The notes under the pieces are model-generated. The model was not told the DNA's origin. It was given only the letters and a program-made list of their open reading frames with translations, and did not search any database. DNA of 64,000 nucleotides. Origin: Octopus vulgaris. Its lineage: Eukaryota. Positions 29,141 through 43,801 of the stretch are shown here, piece after piece; position 1 is the stretch's first letter, and the number at the start of each line of letters is the position of its first letter. Both the position numbers and the translations under genes were made by a program. The DNA lies in the NCBI GenBank assembly GCA_951406725.2, contig OX597836.1:34348001-34412000 (forward strand). Direction: 5' to 3'.

Positions 29141-29610
29141 ATAATAATAATAACAACAAAAATAATAATAGTAATAATACTGGTTAAAAAGAAATGATGG
29201 GGGGACAAGCACACACACACACACACTTCTATATACTTACGACGGGTTTTTTCAGTTTCCGTCTACCATATCCACTTAGATCATTGCAGAAGAAAGTTAC
29301 CCAAGGTGCCACACAGTAGGACTGAACTCGAAATCATTAGAGGTCGTACCCATAGCTTGTGCTCCGCTAAGCAAAACTCTCCGTCATTTAGGTACACAAA
29401 TCGCTACACTAGGCCTTGTAGTCGGACCCCTAAACTCATCACCCCAATAAAATAAAATAACTCTGTCCTCCTCAGATTTATTTTCACGCGCTATTTTTTT
29501 TACCTAACATGAAGTACGTTTTCATTTCATAAATTTTTAACGTGGTATTTTAGTGTTTTTTTCTGATACCATCTGCAAGGCAATGAAACACCCGTAAAGT
29601 ATATTTGTCA

Positions 29611-29997
29611 GTGGAGGCGCAATGGCCCAGTGGTTAGGGCAGTGGACTCGCGGTCATAGGATCGCGGTTTCGATTCCCAGACCGGGCGTTGTGAGTGTTT
29701 ATTGAGCGAAAACACCTAAAAGCTCCACGGGGCTCCGGCAGGAGATGGTGGTGATCCCTGCTGTACTCTTTCACCACAACTTTCTCTCACTCTTACTTCC
29801 TGTTTCTGTTGTACCTGTATTTCAAAGGGACCAGCCTTGTCACACTCTGTGTCACAATGAATCTCTTCGAGAACTACGTTAAGGGTGCACGTGTCTGTGG
29901 AGTGCTCAGCCACTTACATGTTAATTTCACGAGCAGGCTGTTCCGTTGATTCGGATCAAGCGGAACCCTCGTCGTCGTAACCGATGGAGTGCTTCCA
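29611..29997 (+). mobile_element. tRNA SINE, body C + tail Y
   Basis: A/B boxes; body C; tail ccttgtcacactctgtgtc...gtggagtgctcagccact. Confidence 0.88.
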
Positions 29998-30051
29998 TCC
30001 CATATTTTTCAAACTCCTAATCCCTGAACACACATCGGTATCTATTAAGGG

Positions 30052-30358
30052 CATTCTGTCGGTTACGACGGTGAGGGATCCAGTTGATGCGATCAATGGA
30101 ACATCCTCCTCAAGAAATTAACGTGCAAGTGGCTGAACACTCCACAGACACGCGTACTCTTAACGTAGTTCCCAGGTACATTCAGCGGGACACAGATTGT
30201 GACAAGGTTGGCCTTTTGAATTTCAGATACTACTCATTTCTGCCAGCTGAGTGGACTGGAGCAACGTCTTACTCAAGGACAAAACGCGCCGCCGGGATTC
30301 GAAATCACAACCTGACGATCGTGAACCGAGTACCCTTACCACTACGCCGCGCTCCTTC
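30052..30358 (-). mobile_element. tRNA SINE, CORE-like body + tail Y
   Basis: Body gttgctccagtccactcagctg..aaatgagt; tail as at 29611. Confidence 0.8.
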
Positions 30359-30469
30359 ACATAACGACGTAACGGACGGGGCAACAATATATCGACAAAC
30401 ACACCTTATTTTCCTATAACCAAGTTGAATTCTTTCAGACCAAATTTTACAACCAAAATTAAAGTTAGG

Positions 30470-30740
30470 TCGACTTATACGCCAAGATAACCCAAAAATT
30501 CTATTTGGAAAGAGATAATAAATATTTGAATGTCTACACTATGTATTACCTCGGCTTATACGCCAAGATAACCAAAAATTCTATTTGGAAAGAGATAAAA
30601 AATATTTGAATGTTTACACTATATATTACCTCGACCTATACGCCAAGATAACCAAAAGTTCTATTTGAAAAAAGATAATAAATATTTGAATGTGTTACAC
30701 TATATATTACCTCGACTTGTAGGCCGGAAAATACGATATG
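30470..30740. repeat. Minisatellite of about 80 bp x3, ending in a pogo/Tc2-like TIR
   Basis: Units start near 30470, 30551, 30631; end tcgacttgtaggccggaaaatacgata. Confidence 0.8.
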
Positions 30741-31096
30741 AAATGTCATATACACACATACATAAAAAACGGCGATTTCTTAAATTGCAACTTAAACATT
30801 GCGTTGTAATCGCAGGACGAAAAAAACTCTGAGCCAGTACCGAAAATTTTTTAGCAATAATAAATATATTATGCTCCTCCTCTTTGTTCCTATTTGGTAT
30901 TTGGGGTTGTTTATTTAAGTTGGGGTTACTTGCTCCAAACAACAAACATAAACTGCCTTTGTGTATGTATATGCGCGTACATGTGTGTGTGTAAGTGTAT
31001 GTATACAAGCATATATGATTTATATATATATATATAAATATATATATGTATATATATATATGTATATATGTATATATATATATGTATATATATGTA

Positions 31097-31128
<32 letters not shown>

Positions 31129-31198
31129 AACATGTATGTATATATATGTATGTATATATGTATATATATGTATATATATATGTATATATATAAACATG

Positions 31199-31233
<35 letters not shown>

Positions 31234-31357
31234 ATATATGTATATATGTATATATATGTATGCATATACATATATATATATACTTATATATATACGTGTA
31301 TATATAAAATATACATATATACACACACAAACACGCACACGCTCACACCTAGACATA

Positions 31358-31433
<76 letters not shown>

Positions 31434-31477
31434 TTATATACATATGAACACATATACGTTCAAATATTTATGTATGC

Positions 31478-31565
<88 letters not shown>

Positions 31566-31798
31566 TTATATACATATGAACACATATACGTTCAAATATT
31601 TATGTATGCATGTATATGTGTGTTTGTATGTGTGTAAACGCATATATAAATATGTCTGTATACATATGTATTTATGTGTATATATTTGTATACGTGTGTG
31701 TGAAAATACATATATCTGCATGTATATATATCTATCTATCTATTTTCTATGTATGTATGTATCTATCTATCTATCTATCTATCTATCTGTCTACCTAC

Positions 31799-31850
<52 letters not shown>

Positions 31851-32538
31851 TTACATACACACACACACGACACACACGACACACACACACACACGCACGC
31901 ACGCACATGCGTATACATATATATTACAAACCCTAAAAATGAAACTTAAAATAAATAAGCATTTTGCAGGAAGCATTTCCTTTTAGTTCTAATATCCAAA
32001 ACATTATACACACCCACGGCTATTTGAGTAGACCTGTCGTCTGCTTTCCAGACACCACCCCTGCTTAAAACCCCCATTCTCTCCATTCTAATCAACCCCT
32101 TCAACAAACCATCCCATCAAATACGGCATCCTTTTTTTCTGAAATTTAATTTCTGTTAGTTTCGCTATTTAACCCCAGGTCGACTATGAACCAGTAGTCA
32201 TATGATTAAATGCCTTGACCTTTCCGTAATGCATTGCGACTCTGAATATAATTAACTAAATAACACTGTCTCTAGCTATGTTAACTAATATATCCTTCTA
32301 TTTATAAAGGCAGTAAGGTGTGGTATGTAAGGGTCATGGCTGTTATTTTTAGCAGGTTGATTGAACGATATTGTAAATGTTCTCTCCATGTTTACATATT
32401 TGCATGTTTATATATATGTATAATTAATCACGCCCCCCCCAAAAAAAAACGAAGATAAAAACGCAAGATAAAGCAACAACGCGAGCACGTGGTACATGCA
32501 AAGCATTAAAAGACGCTCAGGGGAAGGAAAGGACGGGT

Positions 32539-32573
32539 GTTTAACGTTTCGAGTAAAGTCCTTCTTCAGAAAT
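32539..32573 (-). ncRNA. Minimal hammerhead motif (canonical core, decayed helix II)
   Basis: TTT-CTGAAGA-AGGACTTTACTC-GAA-ACGT-T-AAA; repeat family shared with 62100-62290. Confidence 0.65.
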
Positions 32574-32646
32574 AGGAGACAGAGGAAAGTTCAACAGAAA
32601 AGGAAGACGGAGGGAAAAAAATCGCCAGCAATCCACATGTTGCTAC

Positions 32647-32760
<114 letters not shown>

Positions 32761-32777
32761 CGTGTGGTGGAGAGAAA

Positions 32778-33355
32778 GACCCATGGGGAGGACAGAGCAT
32801 CATGGTATGAGGCGGGACTGCACCCAGAATCTTGGACTGGTGTTCTTCCAAAACATCGACTAAGGTCGGGGCAATGGAGTGACCGCTGCTCGCTACATCG
32901 ACCAAATGTTGAGGCCTCACATTGTTATTTCCTTACTGCCCACAAGGGGCTACACACAGAGGGGACAAACAAGGACAGACAAACGGATTAAGTCGATTAC
33001 ATCGACCCCAGTGCGTAACTGGTACTTAATTTATCGATCCCAAAAGGATGAAAGGCAAAGTCGACCTCGGCGGAATTTGAACTCAGAACGTAAAGACAGA
33101 CTTCCTCCAACAGCACAACATCCAGACACTGCCATGACTTAAGCCCGGACTTGAAAACCCCTAGAGCACCTGTGGGACGAAATCCAAGAGTTAAATGACA
33201 TTTTTCCAGGGTCAACAACTGCAGCACAACTCTCTGCAAGTTTTAACAGAGTGTGGGCTGCTGTCCCCATAACCTTCATCAATCGTTTGGTGCAGTCAAT
33301 GTACAGAAGATGCTTGTCAGTAATCAACGCTAATGGTGGTCACACAAGGTGTTGA
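32778..33355 (+). pseudogene. Tc1-family transposase relic interrupted by SINE B
   Basis: GGQSIMV*GG, TAARYIDQMLRPHIV, LSPDL..LEHLWDE, INRLVQSMYRRCLSVINANGGHTR. Confidence 0.85.
32925..33100 (-). mobile_element. SINE family B, 5'-truncated
   Basis: Matches B. Confidence 0.9.
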
Positions 33356-33609
33356 GTTCATCACTTTGCATCCAGGACACTTCGTCATCACGTGACATCA
33401 TATGACGTCAAACATATTCCAGGAAATGACGTTTTATCATTCGGAAAGAACGGTTTCTTAATTAGCACTCTTCAATCAATGCTATGACAGTCGGTTAATA
33501 AACACCGGTTCCTATTTAGTATGTGAGCGACGTATCTTTTGTGGTTCTGTGTGTGGGTGTGTATAAATAAATAAATAAATACATAAATAAATAAATGAAT
33601 GAATGAGCC

Positions 33610-33962
33610 CTTTTAAAGCCTAGCCAGGCTCATGGGCCCGGTTTCCCGGTTTCTATGGCGTATGTGTTCGCCAGTTGGACGGGACGCCAGTCCATCGCAG
33701 CGTTACTCATTTTTGCCAGCTGAGTGGACTGGAGCAACGTGAAATGAAGTGTTTTGCTAAGGAACACAACGCGTCGCCCAGTTCAGGAATCAAAACCACA
33801 ATATTACGATCATGATGCTGACACCCTAACCACTATGCCACGCGCCTCCACTAAATAAATATATGCGCCCTATTAAAGCCTAGCCAGGCTCATGGGCCCG
33901 GTTTTCCGGTTTCTATGGCGTATGTGTTCCCCAGCTGAACGGGACGCCAGTCCATCGCAGCG
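33610..33962 (-). mobile_element. tRNA SINE, CORE-like body + V-like tail (33610-33851), plus a duplicated tail (33874-33962)
   Basis: ctgcgatggactggcgtcccgtcc motif; tRNA head at the right end. Confidence 0.82.
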
Positions 33963-33993
33963 ATATATATATATACCCCACAACTCAACTTTG

Positions 33994-34045
<52 letters not shown>

Positions 34046-34299
34046 GAAAAGAATAGAGTCGAACGACTTCGTTCGACTCCATTCTTTTCATTTATTCATA
34101 TAAAAAAACACACAAATTTCCACACACGAACACGGGGTTCTGCCCTTGGCATGTAGATTCAACCGTGTTTTTACTGACGTGAATTTGCTACCCAGGTTAT
34201 CGATTAACCGAATTATCCATACTAGGATAATTCATTCACCTACTTATATATATATATATATATATATATATTAGGGATATAAATAAATTTACATATATA

Positions 34300-34632
34300 T
34301 CTATATATAAACGGCAGTTTGTCTGTCTGCGTGTCTGTGTGTCTGTTAGGTTGTACCCTCACCCTGACCACCAACTATTTTGATGAAACTTGAACACAAG
34401 CCCAATGACATAATTCAAAACTAACGCAGCGAAAATTTTAATAAAATTTTAAAAGTTCTGAAAAAAAATCGATAAAAAAACATGGGGTCGAAAAAAACAC
34501 AAAACAGACTGTCTGGGAAAAACTAAATTTTTTTACTTTTTTTAACTTTTTTACTTTAATTTTTTTTTAATTTTTTTGCTATTTTTTGGCTATAACTTTT
34601 GCTTTATACTTATTTCCCTTAAAATACTTAGT
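34300..34632 (+). mobile_element. Non-autonomous Helitron-like relic
   Basis: 5' TCTATATATAAA followed by (gtct)n and ttgatgaaactt motif; degraded 3' end. Confidence 0.45.
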
Positions 34633-34691
34633 ATTGATATATATATATATATTGTATTGTATTTATAAAATATATATGGTTTTATCTCTAA

Positions 34692-34735
<44 letters not shown>

Positions 34736-35354
34736 TCTGTATACAGCACACATATGTAGACACGCGAGGGTTTATATGTTATGCTTCTATGTATATGCTT
34801 TTAACACGTCTACATGTGTGTACTTGTATACGTACGCATGTATGTCTGTGTGCGTGTGTGTGATGTGTGTGTGTGTTTGTGAGTTATATTTCTGAGTGGG
34901 CGTATCAATGCGTGCGCTATTTACATATTTTCAAAACAAAAACAACAAAAAGAAATATCGCTGGGAACTATTTACATGTGTCATTGAGTGCTCAAGGTTG
35001 TCAAATATCAAAGTGATTCAGGAAAATATTGCGGCTCTAATAATAATATCTACGGCTGATAGAGGTGGTGGTGGTGATGATGACGATGATGAAGAACAAG
35101 AAGAGGAAAAGGAAGAGAGAGAGGGGGAGGAAATAGGGTGAAGAATAAGTAAACGCACAAAAGATATGGGTGTTGATCCAACAGAATTGGATCAAGGAAT
35201 GAGCTTGAAAAAATAAACGAAAAATATGAAGGGAAAAGACAAATCGTGGGTGAACTTGAGGAAATATACGTATATACATACGTACACACACTTGCATACA
35301 CACACACGCATATATATATATATGCAAATTTATGTGTATGTATATGCATCTGTG

Positions 35355-35625
35355 TGAAGGCGCATGGCTCACTGGTTAGAGCGTCGAGCTGAAGATCGTG
35401 AAGTTGTGAGTTCGAATCCCGGACCGGACTGCATGTTGTGTTCTTGAGCAAGACACTTTACTTCACGTTGCTCCAGTTAAATCATCTGTAGAAATGAGTT
35501 GTGACATCACAGGTACCAAGCTGTATCGGCCCTTTTGCTTTTCCCTTGGATAACACTGATGGCGTGGAGTGGGGAGGCCGGTATGCATGGGCAACTGCTG
35601 GTCTTCCGTAAACAACTTTGCCTGG
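35355..35625 (+). mobile_element. tRNA SINE, CORE-like body + tail W
   Basis: A box TGGCTCACTGG, B box GTTCGAATCC, cttgagcaagacactt. Confidence 0.85.
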
Positions 35626-35748
35626 ACATTGCGGTGTTCGTGGTCGCCATCTTAATCTGCATCAACATCATGATCACGATTACCATCGTCATTGTAGTCG
35701 AGGTGGCGGTTGTCTCCGTCATCATCGTGGTCGTCCTCGTCATCGTCG

Positions 35749-35779
<31 letters not shown>

Positions 35780-35882
35780 TTTCTCATCATCGTTGTCGTC
35801 GTCATCATCGTCATCTTGATAATGATGATCATCATCATCGTCATCATCAACTTCATCATAATTATCTTCATGTGTATGACAT

Positions 35883-36282
35883 AGGCACAGGAGTGGCTGT
35901 GTGGTAAGTAGCTTGCTTACCAACCACATGGTTCCGGGTTCAGTCCCACTGCGTGGCACCTTGGGCAAGTGTCTTCTACTATAGCCTCGGGCCGACCAAA
36001 GCCTTGTGGGTGGATTTGGTAGACAGAAACTGAAAAGAAGCCCGTCATATATATGTATATGTATGTGTGTTTGTGTGTCTGTGTTTGTCCCCCTAGCATT
36101 GCTTGACAGCCAATGCTGGCGTGTTTATGTCCCCGTTACTTGGCGGTTCAGCGGAGGAGACCGATGGAATAAGTAGTGGGCTTACAAAAGAATAAGTCCC
36201 GGGGTCGATTTGCTCGACCAAAGGCGGTGCTCCAGCATGGCCGCAGTCAAATGACTGAAACAAGTAAAAGAGTAAAAGAGAG
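35883..36282 (+). mobile_element. SINE family A, full length
   Basis: Matches A. Confidence 0.92.
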
Positions 36283-36727
36283 AGTATATATATAGATGTG
36301 TGTGTGCGTATGTGTCTTTATATACGTATGTAAGTATATCTCTGTGTTTATGAGTGTGTATAAATTCGCTTTCAAATCTTTCTGCTTCTCTATCTCTATC
36401 CGTCTATTTCTCTCCCCTCACTCACTCTCTCTCTCTCTATTTATCTATCTATCCCCCCCTTTCTCTCTCTCTCTCTCTGCTTAACCACCCTCTCTCTCTC
36501 TCATTCTCTGACTACGTGTGTATGTGTGTGTGTCTGTGCCTGTGTGTATGTGTAACATTTCCCATACCACACACCGGCTTCAATAAACTTCCACCATAGA
36601 ACAGACAAGAGGGTAAAGACTAGAAACTTGAAACATTCTGTGATTACTTACCAATTTCTGAACTGATTATATGACATTCCAAGAGTTCTTATTGAAGCAA
36701 TTATTAGCAGAGTTCCTTGTCTCATAT

Positions 36728-36758
<31 letters not shown>

Positions 36759-36817
36759 TTACATTTCCTCTTGTTTATCTTATCTGTTCTTTTTGTTTTG
36801 TGCTACATGTTTTTTCC

Positions 36818-37217
<400 letters not shown>

Positions 37218-37293
37218 TGTTTCGGAAGCAGCAACATCAAAGCAGGGTAAAGAATTTAAAGAAAAAATTTTTTTTTTAATCTTTCAACTTATA

Positions 37294-37455
37294 TAGGCGC
37301 AGGCGTAGCTGTGTGGTAAGAAGCTTGCTTCTCAATCACATGGTTCCGAGTTCAGTCCCACTGTGTGGTACATTAGGCAAGTGTCTTCTACTATAGCTTC
37401 GGGCCGACCAAAGAATTGTGAGTAGATTTGGTAGACGGAATCTGAAAGAAGTCTG

Positions 37456-37460
<5 letters not shown>
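37294..37460 (+). mobile_element. SINE family A, 5' half (an opposite-strand 5' half lies at 37930-38077)
   Basis: Matches the A head. Confidence 0.85.
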
Positions 37461-37499
<39 letters not shown>

Positions 37500-37556
37500 G
37501 TATGTATGTATGTATGTATGTATGTGTGTATGTATGTATGTATGTATGTATGTATG

Positions 37557-37612
<56 letters not shown>

Positions 37613-37616
37613 CAGC

Positions 37617-37834
37617 GTGGAAGGTGTTTATACCATTTATATTCACTAACATTTAAGTTTAATTTGTCAAAATATTTTGTGCTAAAATCCGCGACCTGTT
37701 CACTGACAAAGTCCGTGCTGCATCTCTGTGATGCAGCACGGACTTTGTCGTGAACGGTCGATTGCGAAAATTTTTGACATATTAAAATTAAATGTTGGAG
37801 TGAATCGAACGAAATGGCTATAAACACCTTCACG
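37617..37834. repeat. Fold-back inverted repeat containing a G3-C8 hammerhead-like motif (37663-37710, minus)
   Basis: Centre gctgcatc-tctgt-gatgcagc; minus strand TTTGTCA-GTGAACA-GGTCGC..GCAC-(G)AA-AATATT-T-TGACAAA. Confidence 0.75.
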
Positions 37835-37891
37835 GTTTCAGCACACGATCTCAGATCAAATTACTTGCTATGCGAGTACATCTCCGTAATA

Positions 37892-37925
<34 letters not shown>

Positions 37926-38386
37926 TATATACGACGGCTTTCTTCCAGTTTCCGTCTACCAAATCCACTCACGAGAGTTTGGTACGCCCGAGGCTATAGT
38001 AGAAAATATTTGCCCAAGGTGAACCCGGAACCATGTGGTTGGGAAGCAAGCTTCTTACCACACAGCCACACCTGCACACGTAAATGATAGACACTAGGTT
38101 GGGTCGAATTAACTCGTATAGAGCACCTTTAGTCGAATAAATATCATGGGTACCAAAGCACATGCAGTGAAATATTCAGGTTATGTATATACAAAGGATT
38201 TAACTCTTATGAGTATTTTGATATCCTAAGTGCTAATTAAAAAGGGTACGTTGTATAAATCGTACGGTATTTGGTATACTCGAGAATATCCGGCGGGTCG
38301 GGATTCTAGAGAGGTGTATTATGAACAATTAAGATAAATAACAAAATGATGGACACGCATCACTTCATTACGGTAATTTCCAACGG

Positions 38387-38459
<73 letters not shown>

Positions 38460-38759
38460 AGTGTGCTTCTCCACTATTGTTTGACAACTTATGCTGGTTT
38501 ATTTACGTCACCGACGTAGCGGTTCAGCAATTCAGATTGATAGAGTAAGTGCCAACCTTTAAAAAAGTAAGTAGTTTCTTCAACTTCAAAGTTCTGCCCC
38601 AGTATGGCCACAACTCAATGACTGGAAGAAGTAAAAGATAAAAGGTTATTCCCTTTTAAACGGTTTCCTCAAAAGGGCCTCTACGTAGACGCTTGATATA
38701 TTAGAAATAACAACTAATTCGTTCTCAAAACACAGTCTACTGTCTTAAGAGGACATATT

Positions 38760-39378
38760 CTTTTCTAAGCTAAGCACAAGGCTCGAAATTTTGAGGGAGA
38801 GGGCCAGTCGATTAGATCGACTCCAGTACGCAACTGGTACTTAATTTATCGACCCCGAAAGGATAAAAGGAAAAGTCGACCTCGTGGAATCTGAACTTAT
38901 TTCGTAAAGACAGACGTACGAAATATCTATTTCTTTATTACCCACAAGGGGCTAAACATAGAGGGGACAAATAAGGACAGACGTAGGTATTAAGTCGATT
39001 ACATCGACCCCAGTGCGTAACTGGTACTTAATTTATCGACCCCGAAAGGATGAAAGGCAAAGTCGATCTTGGCGGAATTTGAACTCACAACGTAACAGCA
39101 GACGAAATACCGATAAGCATTTCGCACGACGTGCTAACGTACCTGCCAGCTCGCCACCTTAAGGAAAGGACAAATTGGATAACGTATTGTCTACATATCT
39201 ATTTTTTTGTTGCCCTCTAGGGGGAGGGTTAAATATAGAGGGGACAAACAAAGGGATTAAGTCGATTACGTCGACCCCAGTGCGTAACTGGTACTTCATT
39301 TATGAACCTGGAAAGGATGAAAGGCAAAATTGACCTCGGCGGAATCTGAACTCAGAACGTAACGGCAGACGAAATACT
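38760..39378 (-). mobile_element. SINE family B cluster (3 units)
   Basis: Matches B. Confidence 0.88.
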
Positions 39379-39982
39379 GGAAACTTCAGAACTGAAAGCT
39401 CGAAGCTCGAAACTATTTAATGTACAACGATGAAGCCTCTTTGCGGTCACTATACTGGCTGGAAATAGTGTCGAAATCTTCCTCAAATTATATGCTACTC
39501 TCTGTTTTTAAAATACAGACGAGACATATTAACCACGGGGGTCATCGTGCTTGCGTTCATAGCGGGACCGGATATCGACAGAATGTCGCAGACATGGACA
39601 TGCGCAATAAGAGAACACGACACTCCCAACCGGCTCAGGTTATAAGAGTACATTGTTATGTTGCCCATGTTTAGAACTTACGATAAGGAAGGTGGAGTAA
39701 ACAGAAGAGTAGGAGGAGATATTTCACAATAAATCTCTTCCAGGAGGAGAGAAGACGTCAATTCTGACAATGATTTATGCGTGCTAAATGTCTGCGATTA
39801 GGGTCTGTACAGAAATATATACACACGCCGAACAAATATATATACATACATACGTACATACACACAGATATATATACACGCTTACTTAGAGGCATATGCA
39901 TATCTGTACACATGAATATTTTTCTAGTTATCTTTGTATCACACAATGTACGCATGCATGCACGTTATGAAGGTATAAATAA

Positions 39983-40059
<77 letters not shown>

Positions 40060-40191
40060 TATATACATATACATACATACATATATATATATACATATAT
40101 ATACATACATACATACATATGTGTATATGTATGTATACTCAAACATATATTATACTCATATATAATGCACATACACACACACACAAACACA

Positions 40192-40430
<239 letters not shown>

Positions 40431-40548
40431 CATATTACTCTACTACTGGTATTTGAGTACTCTTTTTTCCACCTTGTTTCACATTTACGTATTTACTCCG
40501 TTATATATATATATACATAAATATATGTATATGCATATATACTCAAAC

Positions 40549-40581
<33 letters not shown>

Positions 40582-40774
40582 TGTATATGTATGTAAATTC
40601 TTACATATATACCACACTCATTATATATATTATACACACACACATATATATGTATACTCATATATATACACACACACACTCGTACTTGTATAGTATATGC
40701 GTGTATGCATAGATACGCATGTACATGCATCTATATATATGAATACATACTTATACAGGTATATATGTGTGTGT

Positions 40775-40820
<46 letters not shown>

Positions 40821-41330
40821 GTGTGTATATATATATACACATATGTATACACGTATATATACATATTGTCTGTGTACGTATGCAAGATATAGTTATATGT
40901 AACAGCCCCCTGAGGTTGCAGAAAACATTTATACGCGTTTGTATGCATGAGTGCGTGAGCGTGGGCGTGTGCACGCGTGGGTATGTATATGTGTGTGTAT
41001 GCGTGTGTAATTCTGAGTATGTGCGTGAGTGCATACGTTTGCACGTTTCCTATGAGTCTGCGTAGGCTTAGTAGATCTTCACACCACTAAGACTATCTGC
41101 TTTGAGCAATTCTGTTGTTGCAGCACTTCTTTTTGGTTTTAGTTACACACACGCACGCTCACACACACTCACACACACACACACATATATACGCGCGCGC
41201 ATACACACATGCATGAATGTATACATAAGTATTCATATTCTTATCTCTGTATGGGCATATGCATAAATATATATGTGCGTGTGTGTGTGTGCTATGTATG
41301 TATGTGTGCATCTCTCTCTCTCTCTCTCTC

Positions 41331-41401
<71 letters not shown>

Positions 41402-41404
41402 ATT

Positions 41405-41446
41405 CAAAGCAATGGATAGCTTATGACGAAACCATGGTTCGCTTTG
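41405..41446 (+). ncRNA. Minimal hammerhead-like motif, A3-U8 (A6G in this copy)
   Basis: CAAAGCA-ATGGATA-GCTTATGAC-GAA-ACCATGGT-T-CGCTTTG; palindromic helix III. Confidence 0.55.
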
Positions 41447-41656
41447 TTTTCTGACTTTATAATCATCTTATAATCATCTCATAATAATGTCTTTTATGAC
41501 TCTTATTACTACCTCAGTCAATCTAAATGTATATATTTGTCGTTACCTTTCATTAAAAGCCTTTTTTTTATTTGCAATCTGCATTTTCGTTGATTTTTCA
41601 TATTTTACCCTTACATTTCCACGTGTATTTTATATTTTCTCTTTGTAACATATTTC

Positions 41657-41692
<36 letters not shown>

Positions 41693-41852
41693 TTACATAC
41701 AAGATCAAAAAGGTTAATCAGCCGAAATTGCGAGGATGATCCGGTTCTTGACTGAAGATTGAAGGCTTCGAATGTCCCGTCCGTGTTTTTTGTATCGTCT
41801 TCTAAATGTTTTGCGTCCTTGTCCCAAATTTTTTTATTACATATACATATAC

Positions 41853-41936
<84 letters not shown>

Positions 41937-41937
41937 G

Positions 41938-42028
41938 TGGAGGCGCAATGGCTTAGTGGTTAGGGCAGCGGAGTCGCGTTTGTAGAATCGTGTTGTGAGT
42001 GTTTATTGATCGAAAGCACCTAAAGCTG
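41938..42028 (+). mobile_element. Truncated tRNA SINE, body C
   Basis: Head matches 29611. Confidence 0.75.
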
Positions 42029-42603
42029 ATGGCGATATATATATATATATATATATATAAGATTTAAAGTTTGGCTACCAAGATTTCAAAAATCGAAGTT
42101 TATTGAAATTTGGTACATTAATGTAGATTAATTTCCAAGCTAAATCGCTAGAGTTATTTCACTTTTTCCGTAAAAGTTTTTTTAAAAAAGTTCTAGAGGT
42201 TTAAAGTTCGATCATTTCCACTCAGTCACGAAACAGGATTTCTAAGCTTTAATTTCTTAGCCTTTCACTTCATTTTGTACGCGACTGCACATTTTGTGAA
42301 CATTTTGTCAGCATTCTGAAACCGTAAACTTATGAAACCGTAAACATATGAATCACGCACGGCATACCTTTCTTTTATGTTTTTGGAGTTTTCAGAAAAT
42401 TTTGTGAATTTGCATTCTACATGCGGGACTTCATACGATTATACACAACAAAAATTGTGGTGTGCATGATTCAAGGCTTGTTTAGCAGTTGTTTTTAGCA
42501 CACCTCATAGCCACCTCAATGGCATAAAAAAAGAAACGAGTAAACAAAACGTATTTTCATTATTTACATTCAACGGATATTTGTCCTCATCTTGTTTGTT
42601 GTT

Positions 42604-42649
42604 AACACAACGTTTCGGCTGATATACCCTCCAGCCTTCTTCAGGTGTC
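42604..42649 (-). ncRNA. Hammerhead ribozyme motif, canonical core
   Basis: GACAC-CTGAAGA-A-GGCTG GAGGGTATAT CAGCC-GAA-ACGT-T-GTGTT. Confidence 0.85.
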
Positions 42650-42720
42650 TTGGGGAAATTTCGAACCTAGGTTCTCATTCCTAAGGTATTTTTCGATGTT
42701 ATCATTATTATTATTATTAT

Positions 42721-43349
<629 letters not shown>

Positions 43350-43801
43350 GTTCAGGTTACTTGGCGTAGTGGTTAAGAGCGCAGGCTACTAACCCCAAGA
43401 TTCCGAATTCGATTCCAAGCAGTGACCTGAACAATAACAATAATAATAATAACATCGAAAATTACCTTAGGAATGAGAACCCAGGTTCGAAATTTCCCCC
43501 CAAACACCCGAAGAAGGCTGGAGGGTATATCAATCGAAACGTAGAGTTAACAACAAACAAGATGAGGACAAATATCCGTTGAATGTAAATAATGTAAATA
43601 ATTTTTCATCTTTTAACTATAGAACTGTAACACGTATTTTGTAGTTTTAAACATTCAATGTGCATATAATGCGATAGACCACACTTTACAAGTAGAATAT
43701 TTCTTAAAATTAGAAACTTATAACACAAATTTAAGATTTATCCAAAAACAAAATAGCACATTACATATTAAATATTTTTAAAAAACGAACATCTCCAACC
43801 A

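Noticed and set aside
30470-30740. CRISPR-like periodicity
   Set aside because: Whole units repeat, there are no unique spacers or cas genes, and the context is eukaryotic.
43350-43432. tRNA gene (also heads at 15278, 29611, 35355, 44565)
   Set aside because: Anticodon and T stems are broken and the sequence continues into repeat bodies, so these are SINE heads.
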